DNA from: Patescibacteria group bacterium
Lineage (GTDB): Bacteria; Patescibacteriota; Patescibacteriia; Patescibacteriales; JBAZCA01
Reading direction: 5' to 3'
DNA length: 64,000 bases
Assembly: GCA_041661505.1 (NCBI GenBank)
Contig: JBAZUF010000004.1
Coordinates: 4,861 to 68,860 of the forward strand
The notes beneath the pieces were generated by a model, which saw only the letters and a list, made by a program, of their open reading frames with translations, searched no databases and was not told where the DNA came from. Positions within the stretch are counted from its first letter, which is position 1. The number at the start of each line of letters is the position of its first letter. A program made the translations under genes and the position numbers. Below are positions 25,623-34,581 of the stretch, in pieces.

Positions 25623-26909
25623 TCAGGCTAATTTAATTCCCGCGCTTTTAATTATATTCCAGAATTCAGGGAATGATTTTGACACGACTTCGGGATTTTT
25701 AATAACCATGCCCGGGATTTTCGCGCCGGCTATGGCAAAGGACATTGCCATGCGGTGATCGTTGTAGGTGCTGATTTTCGCGCCGCGAGGATTTCCGCCC
25801 TGGATGGTTATCGAATCATGGCTGATAGCGGAGCGGATGCCCATTTTTTTGAGTTCGGTTTTTAACGCGCTTAACCGATCGGTTTCTTTGTGGCGCAGGG
25901 TGGACAAGCCGGTAATTTTAGTAGATCCTTTTGAAAAAGCCGCTACAACCGCTAGCGTCTGGGCCGTATCAGGCATATCTTCCATGTTAACCTTAATTCC
26001 TTTTAGAGTTGCCGGCCCCTTAACTTCAATCCAGTTTTCTTTTTTATTTTTTATGACTTTGGCGCCCATGCGTTTTAGTAAATCGGGAAATTTAGCGTCG
26101 CCCTGCGATGAGTTAGGCGGAATATTTTTTACTTTGATTCGGCTGCCGGTAATGGAAGCCAATGCCCAGAAATAACTGGCACCCGACGCGTCGCCCTCAA
26201 TCCGGTATTGGCCGGGACTATAGCGCGCGACCGGGCTTACCGAGTATCTTTTATAGTTATTATTTTTTACAAAAACTCCATGCTCTTTCAGGCTCTCCAG
26301 AGTCATGTCGATAAAAGATTTGGAGACCTGTTTGCCTAAAACTTTTATATTTAATCCCCGTTTTAATGCCGGCGCGATTAAGAGAAGGGAAGTGAAAAAC
26401 TGGCTGGATACTTTGCCGGGCATTTTTACCTCTCCTCCGGTGATTTTACCCCCGATAATTTTTATGGGCGGACAATTTTTTTCTGCCAGGTATTTTATTT
26501 CCGCTCCAAGCGACCCCAAAGCTTTTACTAAATCGCCGATCGGCCGCTTTCTCATGCGGCGAGAACCGTCTAATGTTATTTCTCCGGGTGTGAGGACGGA
26601 AAGGGCGGCAAGGAACCGGAAAGTAGTTCCGGCTGGACCGACATTAATGCGGCCGTTAAATGGTTTAAAGCGGCCGCCATTTCCTACAATTTTAGTTTTG
26701 TCCCCAACTTTAGTTATCCGGATTCCTAGTTTTTTTAAGGCGTTAATCATCACCCGGGTGTCGTCTGAAAGGGAAACGCCCCGTAAAATCGTCCGGCCGT
26801 CCGTAAGCGCGGCCATAACCAAAGCCCGGTTAGAAAAACTTTTGGAACCGGGCATTATAATTGATTTATTGATTAATTTTTTCAAGGGTTGGATTTTGTA
26901 TGGCCGCAT
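25623..26909 (-). CDS. aroA: 3-phosphoshikimate 1-carboxyvinyltransferase (EPSP synthase)
   Basis: PGSKSFSNRALVMAAL and LRHKETDRL motifs. Confidence 0.95.
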   Translation of the reverse strand: MRPYKIQPLKKLINKSIIMPGSKSFSNRALVMAALTDGRTILRGVSLSDDTRVMINALKKLGIRITKVGDKTKIVGNGGRFKPFNGRINVGPAGTTFRFLAALSVLTPGEITLDGSRRMRKRPIGDLVKALGSLGAEIKYLAEKNCPPIKIIGGKITGGEVKMPGKVSSQFFTSLLLIAPALKRGLNIKVLGKQVSKSFIDMTLESLKEHGVFVKNNNYKRYSVSPVARYSPGQYRIEGDASGASYFWALASITGSRIKVKNIPPNSSQGDAKFPDLLKRMGAKVIKNKKENWIEVKGPATLKGIKVNMEDMPDTAQTLAVVAAFSKGSTKITGLSTLRHKETDRLSALKTELKKMGIRSAISHDSITIQGGNPRGAKISTYNDHRMAMSFAIAGAKIPGMVIKNPEVVSKSFPEFWNIIKSAGIKLA

Positions 26910-26981
26910 TTTACAATGTAATAGCTGTATTATAATGGCCTGCAGTGAAGTATTGCTGTACCCGCGCCATGCTTATTGAGA

Positions 26982-28070
26982 TTAACTTATGTAGCCTTTT
27001 TTTACCAATAGTTCGGCGTTTAAAATTCCTCCTCCGGCGGCGCCGCGAACCGTGTTATGGCTTATAGCGGCGAATTTATAATCAAAAATTTTGCATTTTC
27101 GGAGGCGTCCGATGGTTACGGCCATGCCTTTCTCCGCGTCCCGGTCTTTTCTCGGCTGGGGCCGGTTGTCTTCCCGGCGGTAGATGATTGGCCGCAAAGG
27201 CGCGAAAGGGAGTTCTAATTCCTGCGGAAGGGCTCTGAATTTTTGCCAGATTTTTATTATTTCTTCACGCTTGGGCTTCTTGCCGTTAAACTTAAAACTG
27301 ACGCAGGCCAGATGTCCGTCCGCTACCGGCACTCGGTTGCAATGGGCGGAAATTTTCAAAAAGTTGGTATTGGCGAATTTTCCTTTTTTAATGGAGCCTA
27401 ATATTTTCAAAGGCTCTTCTTCGGTTTTATCTTCCTCGCCCGCTATAAAGGGAACGACATTGCCGATCATGTCTAGTGACGGGACGCCCGGATAACCGGC
27501 GCCGGAAACAGCCTGCAGGGTGGCAATAAAGATTTTTTCTATGCGGTAGCCCGCCTGAATTATTGCGAAAATCGGAGTAATATAGCTTTGCAAACTGCAA
27601 TTGGGCTTGGTAACGATAAACCCTTTTTTCCAGCCCCGGTTTATTTTCTGGACCGGAATTATTTCAAGATGCCGGTGATTTATTTCCGGGATGAGCATCG
27701 GAACGTCTTCGGTCCAGCGGTTGGCCGAGGCGTTCGATACGACCGGAATTCCGGCGGCCGCGTATTTCTCCTCCATTTTTTTAATAAGATTTTTATCCGG
27801 CAGTTCAAAGGCCGAGAAAACAAAATCACAGCGCTTTTTTGCCGCCTTGATATTGGCAACATCCGCGACAATCAAGGATTTTACGTTTTCAGGGATCGGG
27901 ACAGGCATTTGCCAGCGGCCTGCCACCGATCTTTCATAGCTAACGCCGGCGGAATTAGCCGAAGCCGCGACGTGAGTTACCGTAAACCAGGGGTGGTTGC
28001 GAAGCAGTTTTATGTAATTTTGGCCTACCATGCCGGTAGCCCCGAGAATCCCGACTTTGAATTTTTTCAT
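26982..28070 (-). CDS. asd: aspartate-semialdehyde dehydrogenase
   Basis: GILGATGMVGQ, NCSLQ active-site region, SGAGYPG. The start was chosen at MKKFKVGILG, an internal Met of the ORF that ends at 28115. Confidence 0.85.
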   Translation of the reverse strand: MKKFKVGILGATGMVGQNYIKLLRNHPWFTVTHVAASANSAGVSYERSVAGRWQMPVPIPENVKSLIVADVANIKAAKKRCDFVFSAFELPDKNLIKKMEEKYAAAGIPVVSNASANRWTEDVPMLIPEINHRHLEIIPVQKINRGWKKGFIVTKPNCSLQSYITPIFAIIQAGYRIEKIFIATLQAVSGAGYPGVPSLDMIGNVVPFIAGEEDKTEEEPLKILGSIKKGKFANTNFLKISAHCNRVPVADGHLACVSFKFNGKKPKREEIIKIWQKFRALPQELELPFAPLRPIIYRREDNRPQPRKDRDAEKGMAVTIGRLRKCKIFDYKFAAISHNTVRGAAGGGILNAELLVKKGYIS

Positions 28071-28139
28071 AAACGAAATAACCGAGCCCCGCCAGCTCGC
28101 TGGCAGGACAGGCAAAGGGCATAAAAATGCCTTAATATT

Positions 28140-29531
28140 TTATTTTATGAATTCTTTGTGCAGGGCCCGGACCATTTTTTCCATTTCTTCGGTTTTTACG
28201 ACCGCTTCCAGCCGGACGCAATTTTTGTAAGGAAAAGCGCCGAGCTCGGTATAGGGGCAAAGACGGATCAGGATGTCATTAAAACGGTTTACGTCTTTCC
28301 AATCAAGATTGCCGATTAAGATCACCATGTTAACCGGCGATACTTCCAGTTTTTTTACTTGCTTTTTTAGCTCGGCAATCATCTCTTCAAAGCCGTTGCC
28401 GTTATTTTCCGCCACTAAAATGAGCTTGTCCCGGGTGTTTCTGGTTATGTCCAAATTTACTTTATGGCTGGTCAAAATCCGCGTTACATTGGCCAGGTAG
28501 CCGTAATTATTCATCCGGTCATCGGTAATAATTAAGAGGGATAAGTTTTTTTTGAAGCTGACGATTTTCGCGCCCTTAACGCTTTTAATATAGGGCCCGA
28601 CTTGGGTTTTTTTAGCCGGGTCGATAATCGCCGCCACCTCGGCCGGAGTCTTAAACATTTTTACGTATTGGATGGCCTTGTCATGGATAACCTTGCCGGA
28701 TTCGGCCGCTTCAGCATAGCTTATGAATGGAACGGTTATCGCGTCTTTGGCGATTTTTGGATCAGCGGATAAAACTCCCTCCACGTCTTTCCATAAAATA
28801 ATTTTTTCCGCTTTTAAGGCCGCCCCGAGGAAGCAGGCGGTCGTATCGGTTCCGCCCCGGCCTAAAGTAGTTGTATTGCCCTCCAAAGTTTCTCCGCAAA
28901 ATCCAGGGATAACCGGAATTTCTTTGATTTTCAAAATTGTTTTTCGGGCGGATTTGGCCGAAAGATCATAATTGATGTTGGCATTTTTAAAACAATCGTC
29001 GGTGATGATGGGGATTTCTTCGGCAAACACCGCCCGGGCGGAAAACCCCCGCGACTTAAGATAATAGGAAAAGCAGACGCTCGCCAGCTTTTCGCCATAA
29101 GCCGTAATTTTATCGTCAAAAATTGGCAAGAATCCGAAGCGGAGAAGGGTGACGAGATCATTTTCGAGCTCACCGAAAACCCGATCCAGGGGCGCTTTGG
29201 CGTTTTTTCTCCAGTCCCGGGAAACGCAAACTTCTTCCAAAAGCTTCATGTGCTTTTCGTTCAAGCTATTGACGAAAGGTTTTATCAGGCTGTCGATATA
29301 TTTTTCGCTCGCTCCGCCCAGTCTTTGATTCCTTCTTATTTTTTCTTTGATATGCCCAAGAAATAAAATAATCTCGTCAGTTACTCCTTTTAGCGCTGAA
29401 ACCACTACAATCGGCCGGTAGCCGGCTTTTAGCTGTTCGGAAATCCTTTTTTCGGTATAGGGGATAAGTTTTTTTATCATTATCCCTCCGCCGAATTTAT
29501 TGACGATGATTTTAGTCCCGGATTTTGGCAT
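28140..29531 (-). CDS. aspartate kinase
   Basis: Amino-acid kinase fold (IVNKFGGG, TLGRGGTDTTA) with a C-terminal ACT-like region. Confidence 0.85.
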   Translation of the reverse strand: MPKSGTKIIVNKFGGGIMIKKLIPYTEKRISEQLKAGYRPIVVVSALKGVTDEIILFLGHIKEKIRRNQRLGGASEKYIDSLIKPFVNSLNEKHMKLLEEVCVSRDWRKNAKAPLDRVFGELENDLVTLLRFGFLPIFDDKITAYGEKLASVCFSYYLKSRGFSARAVFAEEIPIITDDCFKNANINYDLSAKSARKTILKIKEIPVIPGFCGETLEGNTTTLGRGGTDTTACFLGAALKAEKIILWKDVEGVLSADPKIAKDAITVPFISYAEAAESGKVIHDKAIQYVKMFKTPAEVAAIIDPAKKTQVGPYIKSVKGAKIVSFKKNLSLLIITDDRMNNYGYLANVTRILTSHKVNLDITRNTRDKLILVAENNGNGFEEMIAELKKQVKKLEVSPVNMVILIGNLDWKDVNRFNDILIRLCPYTELGAFPYKNCVRLEAVVKTEEMEKMVRALHKEFIK

Positions 29532-29571
29532 AATTTATTTTTCCAAAAATTATTATTGGCGCGATTTAATC

Positions 29572-30582
29572 TTATTTTTCGGTTATGGTTTCTTTGATTT
29601 TTTGGCCAAAGTGGCGGCCCATCTCTTCTTCCTGGATAAAAGCCAAAACCCGGTCGCCCGGCTTTAGCTTGGTTACGGAAACAGGACTGCCGTCATTTTT
29701 TGTAAGGCGGATAGTCTCGGCATTTTGCATAACTAAAGAAAGCTCCCGGCCGCCCGCAATACCGCGGACAATGAGCATCGGCCGCCGCTCGATTTTCACC
29801 CGGCCGACAATCACTTCCTCGGTATTGCCTTTTTGGTCAACTACCAAAGCCTTGAGGCCGCTTTTTAATTCTCCCAAATACTTGGTCTTATCGCCGGGCA
29901 TCCGGATATAGGCATGGGTGCCGCCGGCGTTAACCCGAAAGGGGCGGGGGTCGCAATAAGGAGTCTCCACATTTTCATTATATACTAAAAACATAGCTTT
30001 GGAAGAGTCCCCCACTAGCATGCCCTGGCCGGGGGATAAGGTGGAAGCAGTATCAACTACTACCCGGTCGCCCAGGCCCAGCTGTTCAATGCTTATGATT
30101 TCCGCCTCGCAAAGCTCTAGTTTTTCATTTTGGATTTCTTTTATCAGTTTGGCTGTTTTTTTTATTTCATTTAAATCGCCGGTTTCCAAAAGAATTCCGT
30201 CAGAACCGATTTCCAAAGTTAGAAAAGCCAGTTTAGCCTCATTATAATTTCTGACGTGCTGGATTAAATTGGAAGTTTTGGAAATTAAATTTTCCAGAGG
30301 GATGATAGTCCAGTCAAAATTTCTTATGATGACCGGAATCTTTCCCTTATAGGCCACCACCCGGTTTTCGCATTCCTTGTTCTCTATCTTCACTTCATCG
30401 GCATTTTCTCCGATGATGAAATCAGCCGGAGCTTTGGTAGAAATAATTTTTGCCCGGGAAAGTTCCCTGGTTTTTTCTATATCTTTTTCCGCGACATAAA
30501 TCGCTTCAAATCCCGACTCGATCGCGGCGGTAATTAATTTTTTATCCCAGTTTGGCGGCTGGTACCAGAATTTTTTTTGCAT
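29572..30582 (-). CDS. 3-dehydroquinate synthase II (archaeal type, MJ1249-like)
   Basis: The N-terminus KKFWYQPPNWDKKLITAAIESGFEAIYV and overall length match my recollection of the archaeal DHQS-II family. It is adjacent to ADH synthase. Confidence 0.8.
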   Translation of the reverse strand: MQKKFWYQPPNWDKKLITAAIESGFEAIYVAEKDIEKTRELSRAKIISTKAPADFIIGENADEVKIENKECENRVVAYKGKIPVIIRNFDWTIIPLENLISKTSNLIQHVRNYNEAKLAFLTLEIGSDGILLETGDLNEIKKTAKLIKEIQNEKLELCEAEIISIEQLGLGDRVVVDTASTLSPGQGMLVGDSSKAMFLVYNENVETPYCDPRPFRVNAGGTHAYIRMPGDKTKYLGELKSGLKALVVDQKGNTEEVIVGRVKIERRPMLIVRGIAGGRELSLVMQNAETIRLTKNDGSPVSVTKLKPGDRVLAFIQEEEMGRHFGQKIKETITEK

Positions 30583-30631
30583 ATGCGAGGCGCCATTAAT
30601 TATGGCTTAATAAGGCAATCATGGAGCCTGG

Positions 30632-31420
30632 TTATCTTTTTAAGTTTACCTCAATTTTAGAAGCATTGTAAACCGCGTCTTTAATTTTTTCAAGCATGCC
30701 CGAAACGTCCTCGGACTGGAAGACATTTCTTCCGACCGAGACTCCGGCCGCGCCGACCCGGACGCAATCCCGGATTGAGGAAAGCATTATTTCTTCCGAA
30801 CCCTTGGCTCCGCCGGCGATTACTACCGGAATCGGACAGCCTTCGACCACCTCGCGAAAACTTTCCGCGTCGCCGGTAAAAGGGACTTTGACGATGTCGG
30901 CGCCAAGCTCGGCCGCTACCCGGGCGGCATGCTTAACCCGGGCGGTATCCCGGTAATGGACAATCTTTCCGTCAATCATGGTCCGCGGATACATCATGGC
31001 GAGTAAAGGCAGGCCTTCTTCCTGGCATTCTCTTGCCACGGTTCCCAAATCTTTTAACATTTCCCCTTCGTGCTCGTTTCCTAAATTAAGATGGATGGAA
31101 ACGCCCTGGGCGCCCAGTTCTTTAACTTCGCGGGCGGTAGCAATTAAAACTTTTCGAAGCGAGCCGGAAAGGCCGGTGGAAGCCGAAATATGAATAAAGA
31201 CCGGCAAATCGCCGATAACATCCTTGTATAATTTATAAATCCCTTTGTGGATAACAATGGCATCGGCTCCGCCGGCCTTAACCTTTTTGATTATTTCATC
31301 CATCTTGATGAGGCCGGGAATAGGCCCGTCGGTAACGCCATGATCCATCGGAACAATAACTGTCCGCTTGGAAATGGGGTTGATAATTTTTGACAATAGC
31401 TCACGCTTGGTGTTAGTCAT
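30632..31420 (-). CDS. 2-amino-3,7-dideoxy-D-threo-hept-6-ulosonate (ADH) synthase, MJ0400-like class I aldolase
   Basis: RTVIVPMDHGVTDGPIPGL, LLAMMYPR, AELGADIVKVPFTGD and GAAGVSVGRNVFQ closely parallel the archaeal enzyme as I remember it. Confidence 0.8.
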   Translation of the reverse strand: MTNTKRELLSKIINPISKRTVIVPMDHGVTDGPIPGLIKMDEIIKKVKAGGADAIVIHKGIYKLYKDVIGDLPVFIHISASTGLSGSLRKVLIATAREVKELGAQGVSIHLNLGNEHEGEMLKDLGTVARECQEEGLPLLAMMYPRTMIDGKIVHYRDTARVKHAARVAAELGADIVKVPFTGDAESFREVVEGCPIPVVIAGGAKGSEEIMLSSIRDCVRVGAAGVSVGRNVFQSEDVSGMLEKIKDAVYNASKIEVNLKR

Positions 31421-31469
31421 AGTATTGGCTGAAAGGGATTTACGCGTTTCGCGCGAGACCCCTAAATTT

Positions 31470-31553
31470 AAAAAAACCGGCTGTCTTTCAAGGCCGGGTT
31501 ATATTCTTAAGTAATTTATTAGTCTTTAATTTATTCTGCAAAAAGCCGGCCTT
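31470..31553 (-). promoter_or_regulatory. aromatic-operon attenuator: antiterminator 31553..31546:31497..31490 versus terminator 31497..31477 plus U7
   Basis: On the minus strand AAGGCCGG, inside the leader ORF, is the perfect complement of CCGGCCUU. The latter overlaps the terminator stem CCGGC/GCCGG, which is followed by UUUUUUU (31476..31470). Confidence 0.7.
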
Positions 31554-31609
31554 TTAATAAGGTTAAAATAGAAATAAAAGTAGCTAAACCAGATTTGGCC
31601 GAATTTCAT
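31526..31609 (-). CDS. aromatic leader peptide MKFGQIWFSYFYFYFNLIKRPAFCRIN
   Basis: 27 codons, 10 of them aromatic, with the contiguous run W-F-S-Y-F-Y-F-Y-F. It lies between the promoter and the first gene of the aromatic operon. Confidence 0.8.
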   Translation of the reverse strand: MKFGQIWFSYFYFYFNLIKRPAFCRIN

Positions 31610-31638
31610 AAAATATTGGTGATTTTTGTATATCCTAA

Positions 31639-31667
31639 ATAATACACATTTTCAAAAGACGTGTCAA
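31639..31667 (-). promoter_or_regulatory. promoter TTGACA-17-TATTAT
   Basis: On the minus strand the -35 hexamer is at 31667..31662 and the -10 hexamer at 31644..31639. Confidence 0.6.
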
Positions 31668-31698
31668 GAGCAGTAAAAATTGGTTAAAATTCGCTAAT

Positions 31699-31736
31699 AA
31701 AAAACACCTCCTGACTTTGACGAGCCAGGAGGGTGG
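31699..31736 (-). terminator. terminator after argB
   Basis: The minus strand reads CACCCUCCUG-loop-CAGGAGGUG followed by U6 (31704..31699). Confidence 0.7.
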
Positions 31737-31768
31737 AGAAATCCGGGGCACCATCTCTCCGGAGTCAG

Positions 31769-32672
31769 TTAATTGGTGATTAGCCGTCGGACCACCTCGG
31801 TTCCGATTCCCTCTTTGGTAAAGAACTCTAAAAGGACGGAATGAGGCAAGCGGCCGTCAATCAAATGCACCCTTGCCGACGCCGGAGTTTATCGCCTCCA
31901 CGGCACTCTCGATTTTTGGGCGCATGCCTCCGGTGATTACGCCTTCCTGGATTAAGCCTTCCACCTCGTCAGTCCACAGGGTGCTTATTACCGAATCTTC
32001 ATCATTTTCATCTCCAGGAACGCGCAGAAGGCCAGGAACGTCGGAGATAAATACGAGCTTCGCGGCCTTAAGGGTTTTTGCTACAAAGAACGCCACTTCA
32101 TCGGCATTCATGTTGCAGAACTGGCCACACTCGAAATATCCGAGAGGGGTGATTATAGGGATAATATTCAGTCCCAGCATCTGTTCAATTTGATTAATAT
32201 CCGCGCGTATCGGCTCGCCCACCAATCCTAAGTCTGCGGGCATTCCCGATTCGTCAAGCATTTTTTTCTTTACTGCCGTAAAAGTATCCTCACCGTACAA
32301 CTGCCAGGCTCGGCCGCCGCGTTCGTAGATTTTGCTGACCAATCTGCGATTAATCTTTTTCAGCACTTCCTGCACTACGTCCAGAGTGGGCTGGTCAGTG
32401 TAACGCAGACCGTTTACTTTCCTGGTTACTATCCCTCTCTCTTCCGAAAGCTTGTTGATTTCCGGTCCGCCCCCGTGTACGAGAATGGGTTTTATACCCA
32501 GTATCTGCAAGACTGCAAGATCTGAAAGCAGGTCGTCCTCATGTTCAGGATCTTCAATTACACTGCCGCCTGACTTGAATACCATAATTTGGTTTTTAAA
32601 AGCCTTGGCATAGGAAAGCGTTCCCAGCACTACTTGAATTTTTTCCAACCCTTCTTTAATGCGCGCGTTCAT
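31769..32672 (-). pseudogene. argB: acetylglutamate kinase with a 1-nt frameshift near the C-terminus
   Basis: The ORF 31857..32672 stops at ...SGVGKGAFD*. Skipping nt 31871 restores the canonical tail [26 protein letters not shown]..., which ends at 31769. Confidence 0.75.
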
Positions 32673-32894
32673 GATTTTCTCCCTTTTCTTGTTTTTTAGG
32701 ATTTAGGATTAGTTAAGTGTATTTTAGCCGCAGAAGGAAAGAGATTGGGCGCGAATCGGGCAAACTCCTTTCTGCTGCGGCAAATCACAAAAGATTATTA
32801 AAGAGCAGTAATGTTTAAAGCCAACAGTAATTTATATAACAAAAAATACGTATTGCAAAGGTTTTACGGCATTTGCCCGTAAAAACCGCGGGGG

Positions 32895-32923
32895 TTGAAA
32901 ATTTGGGAAAATAAAGGTAAGAT
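32895..32923 (+). promoter_or_regulatory. promoter TTGAAA-17-TAAGAT
   Basis: Hexamers read by eye upstream of pheA. Confidence 0.4.
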
Positions 32924-32970
32924 TGGATTAGCCTGGCTTCTTGCAGGCGAGTTAAATATAACTTATTTAT

Positions 32971-33552
32971 ATGAGCGCCAAAATAATTATCGGGGTTTCA
33001 GGAAACAAGGGAAGTTTTACCGAAGAGGCCGCCAAGCACTACTGCACCGAAGAAAAGATTCAAAATTATGAGCTTGCCTATCTCACTTCCGTAGAAAATG
33101 TTTTGCGCGATCTGGGTAAAGGAAAAATCGATAAAGGCGTTTTTCCGATCGAAAACTCGACCGGAGGAGTTGTTATTGAGGCGGTGGAAGCTATGGCCCG
33201 CTATATATTTGCCATCGAAAAAATGTTCGAAATTGAGATAAAGATGAATCTGCTTATGAAAAAAGGAATAAAGCCGGAAGATATAAAATCAATTACTTCG
33301 CACCAGCAGGCGCTGCGTCAATGCCGGATGTATTTAAAAAGAAAATATCCCAAAGCCGAACTCTGCGAATATCCGGATACGGCGACGGCCGCCAAGGATT
33401 TAGCCGACGGAGTATTGCCGGAAACTACCGCCGTAATCGCCCCGAAAATCTGCGCCGAATTGTATGATTTAGAATTGGCCGAAGAGGGCATCCAGGATTT
33501 AAAATTTAATTTTACGTCTTTTATCGTAGCCGCGAACGAGCATGCCTATTAA
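32971..33552 (+). CDS. pheA: prephenate dehydratase, catalytic domain only (no ACT domain)
   Basis: GNKGSFTEEAA, FPIENSTGGVV and NFTSFIV correspond to PDT motifs. At 193 aa it ends where the ACT domain would begin. Confidence 0.8.
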   Translation: MSAKIIIGVSGNKGSFTEEAAKHYCTEEKIQNYELAYLTSVENVLRDLGKGKIDKGVFPIENSTGGVVIEAVEAMARYIFAIEKMFEIEIKMNLLMKKGIKPEDIKSITSHQQALRQCRMYLKRKYPKAELCEYPDTATAAKDLADGVLPETTAVIAPKICAELYDLELAEEGIQDLKFNFTSFIVAANEHAY

Positions 33553-34570
33553 AAAAACAGTTTCCATAATCGGGTTCGGACGCTTCGGCCAGTTAACCGC
33601 AAGCGTCTTTTCGAAACGGGCGGAAGTTTTAATATATGAAAGCCGCGTTAAAAATGACCATAAACTCAAAGCGAAAAAAATCGGGGCAAAAATCGTAAAT
33701 TTAAAATTAGCGGCGAGCGCGGATTTGATAATTTTAGCAGTTCCTATTTCTGCGGCCGAAAAAGTGATTAAACAAATCGCTCCGTATGTCCGCCCCGGAT
33801 CTTTAATTGTCGACACCTGTTCAGTAAAAGCATACCCTTGCGGCTGGCTAAAAAAATATTTGCCGAAAAGCGTAGAAATCATGGGTACCCATCCGCAATT
33901 CGGCCCGGTTACGACCAAGTTTAATTTTGAAAAACAATCCTATAAGTTAAAAGGCCTGCAAATCGTTTTATGTCCGATAAGAATCGGCGGCGCGCGCCTT
34001 GGGGCGGTGAAAAATTTTTTAACCGGCTTGGAACTGAAAGTTATCATAACCACCCCGGAAGACCATGACCGCCAAAACGCTTATACTCTCGGCCTCGTCC
34101 ATTTTGTCGGGCGGGCTTTGCTCGGCGCCGGCGCCCGCGAACAGGAAATATATACTCCCGGCTATACGGACTTGCTTTCCATCCTGCCGCATACCACTTC
34201 CGATAACTGGCAATTGTTTTACGACATGCACAATTATAATCCATACGCCGAATCAGTGCGCCTTAAATTTATGGGAGCCTGCGAATCAATGGACGAGCGG
34301 ATTAGAAAAGCTAATGTAAAAGACGAACTGGGTTTCCGGCGGGAGGCGATTAATAAAATCGACTGCCGGGTTTTTAAATTATTAAAAGACCGTTTCCGGC
34401 AAGTTAGGGCGATAGGAAAAATTAAGGGTAAAAAAGGCTTGCCAATCCAGGACAAAAAAAGGGAAGAAGATATAATAAAAGATAAAGTGAAAAAATTCAA
34501 GATGGACAAGAATTTTGTTGAAGGGATTTACCATTCAATATTTAAAGAAGCTTACCGGAAACAGAAATAA
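33542..34570 (+). CDS. tyrA: prephenate dehydrogenase with a C-terminal AroQ-type chorismate mutase
   Basis: Rossmann motif IIGFGRFGQ and GTHPQFGP. The C-terminal ~85 aa (REAINKIDCRVFKLLKDRF...DKKREEDII) look like a type II chorismate mutase. Confidence 0.8.
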   Translation: MPIKKTVSIIGFGRFGQLTASVFSKRAEVLIYESRVKNDHKLKAKKIGAKIVNLKLAASADLIILAVPISAAEKVIKQIAPYVRPGSLIVDTCSVKAYPCGWLKKYLPKSVEIMGTHPQFGPVTTKFNFEKQSYKLKGLQIVLCPIRIGGARLGAVKNFLTGLELKVIITTPEDHDRQNAYTLGLVHFVGRALLGAGAREQEIYTPGYTDLLSILPHTTSDNWQLFYDMHNYNPYAESVRLKFMGACESMDERIRKANVKDELGFRREAINKIDCRVFKLLKDRFRQVRAIGKIKGKKGLPIQDKKREEDIIKDKVKKFKMDKNFVEGIYHSIFKEAYRKQK

Positions 34571-34581
34571 AATTTTGATTT

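Noticed and set aside
31731-31760. Plus-strand GGUGGAGAAAUCCGGGGCACC, which resembles an RNase P motif.
   Set aside because: It lies inside the restored argB C-terminal coding sequence and its terminator. No other RNase P elements are nearby.
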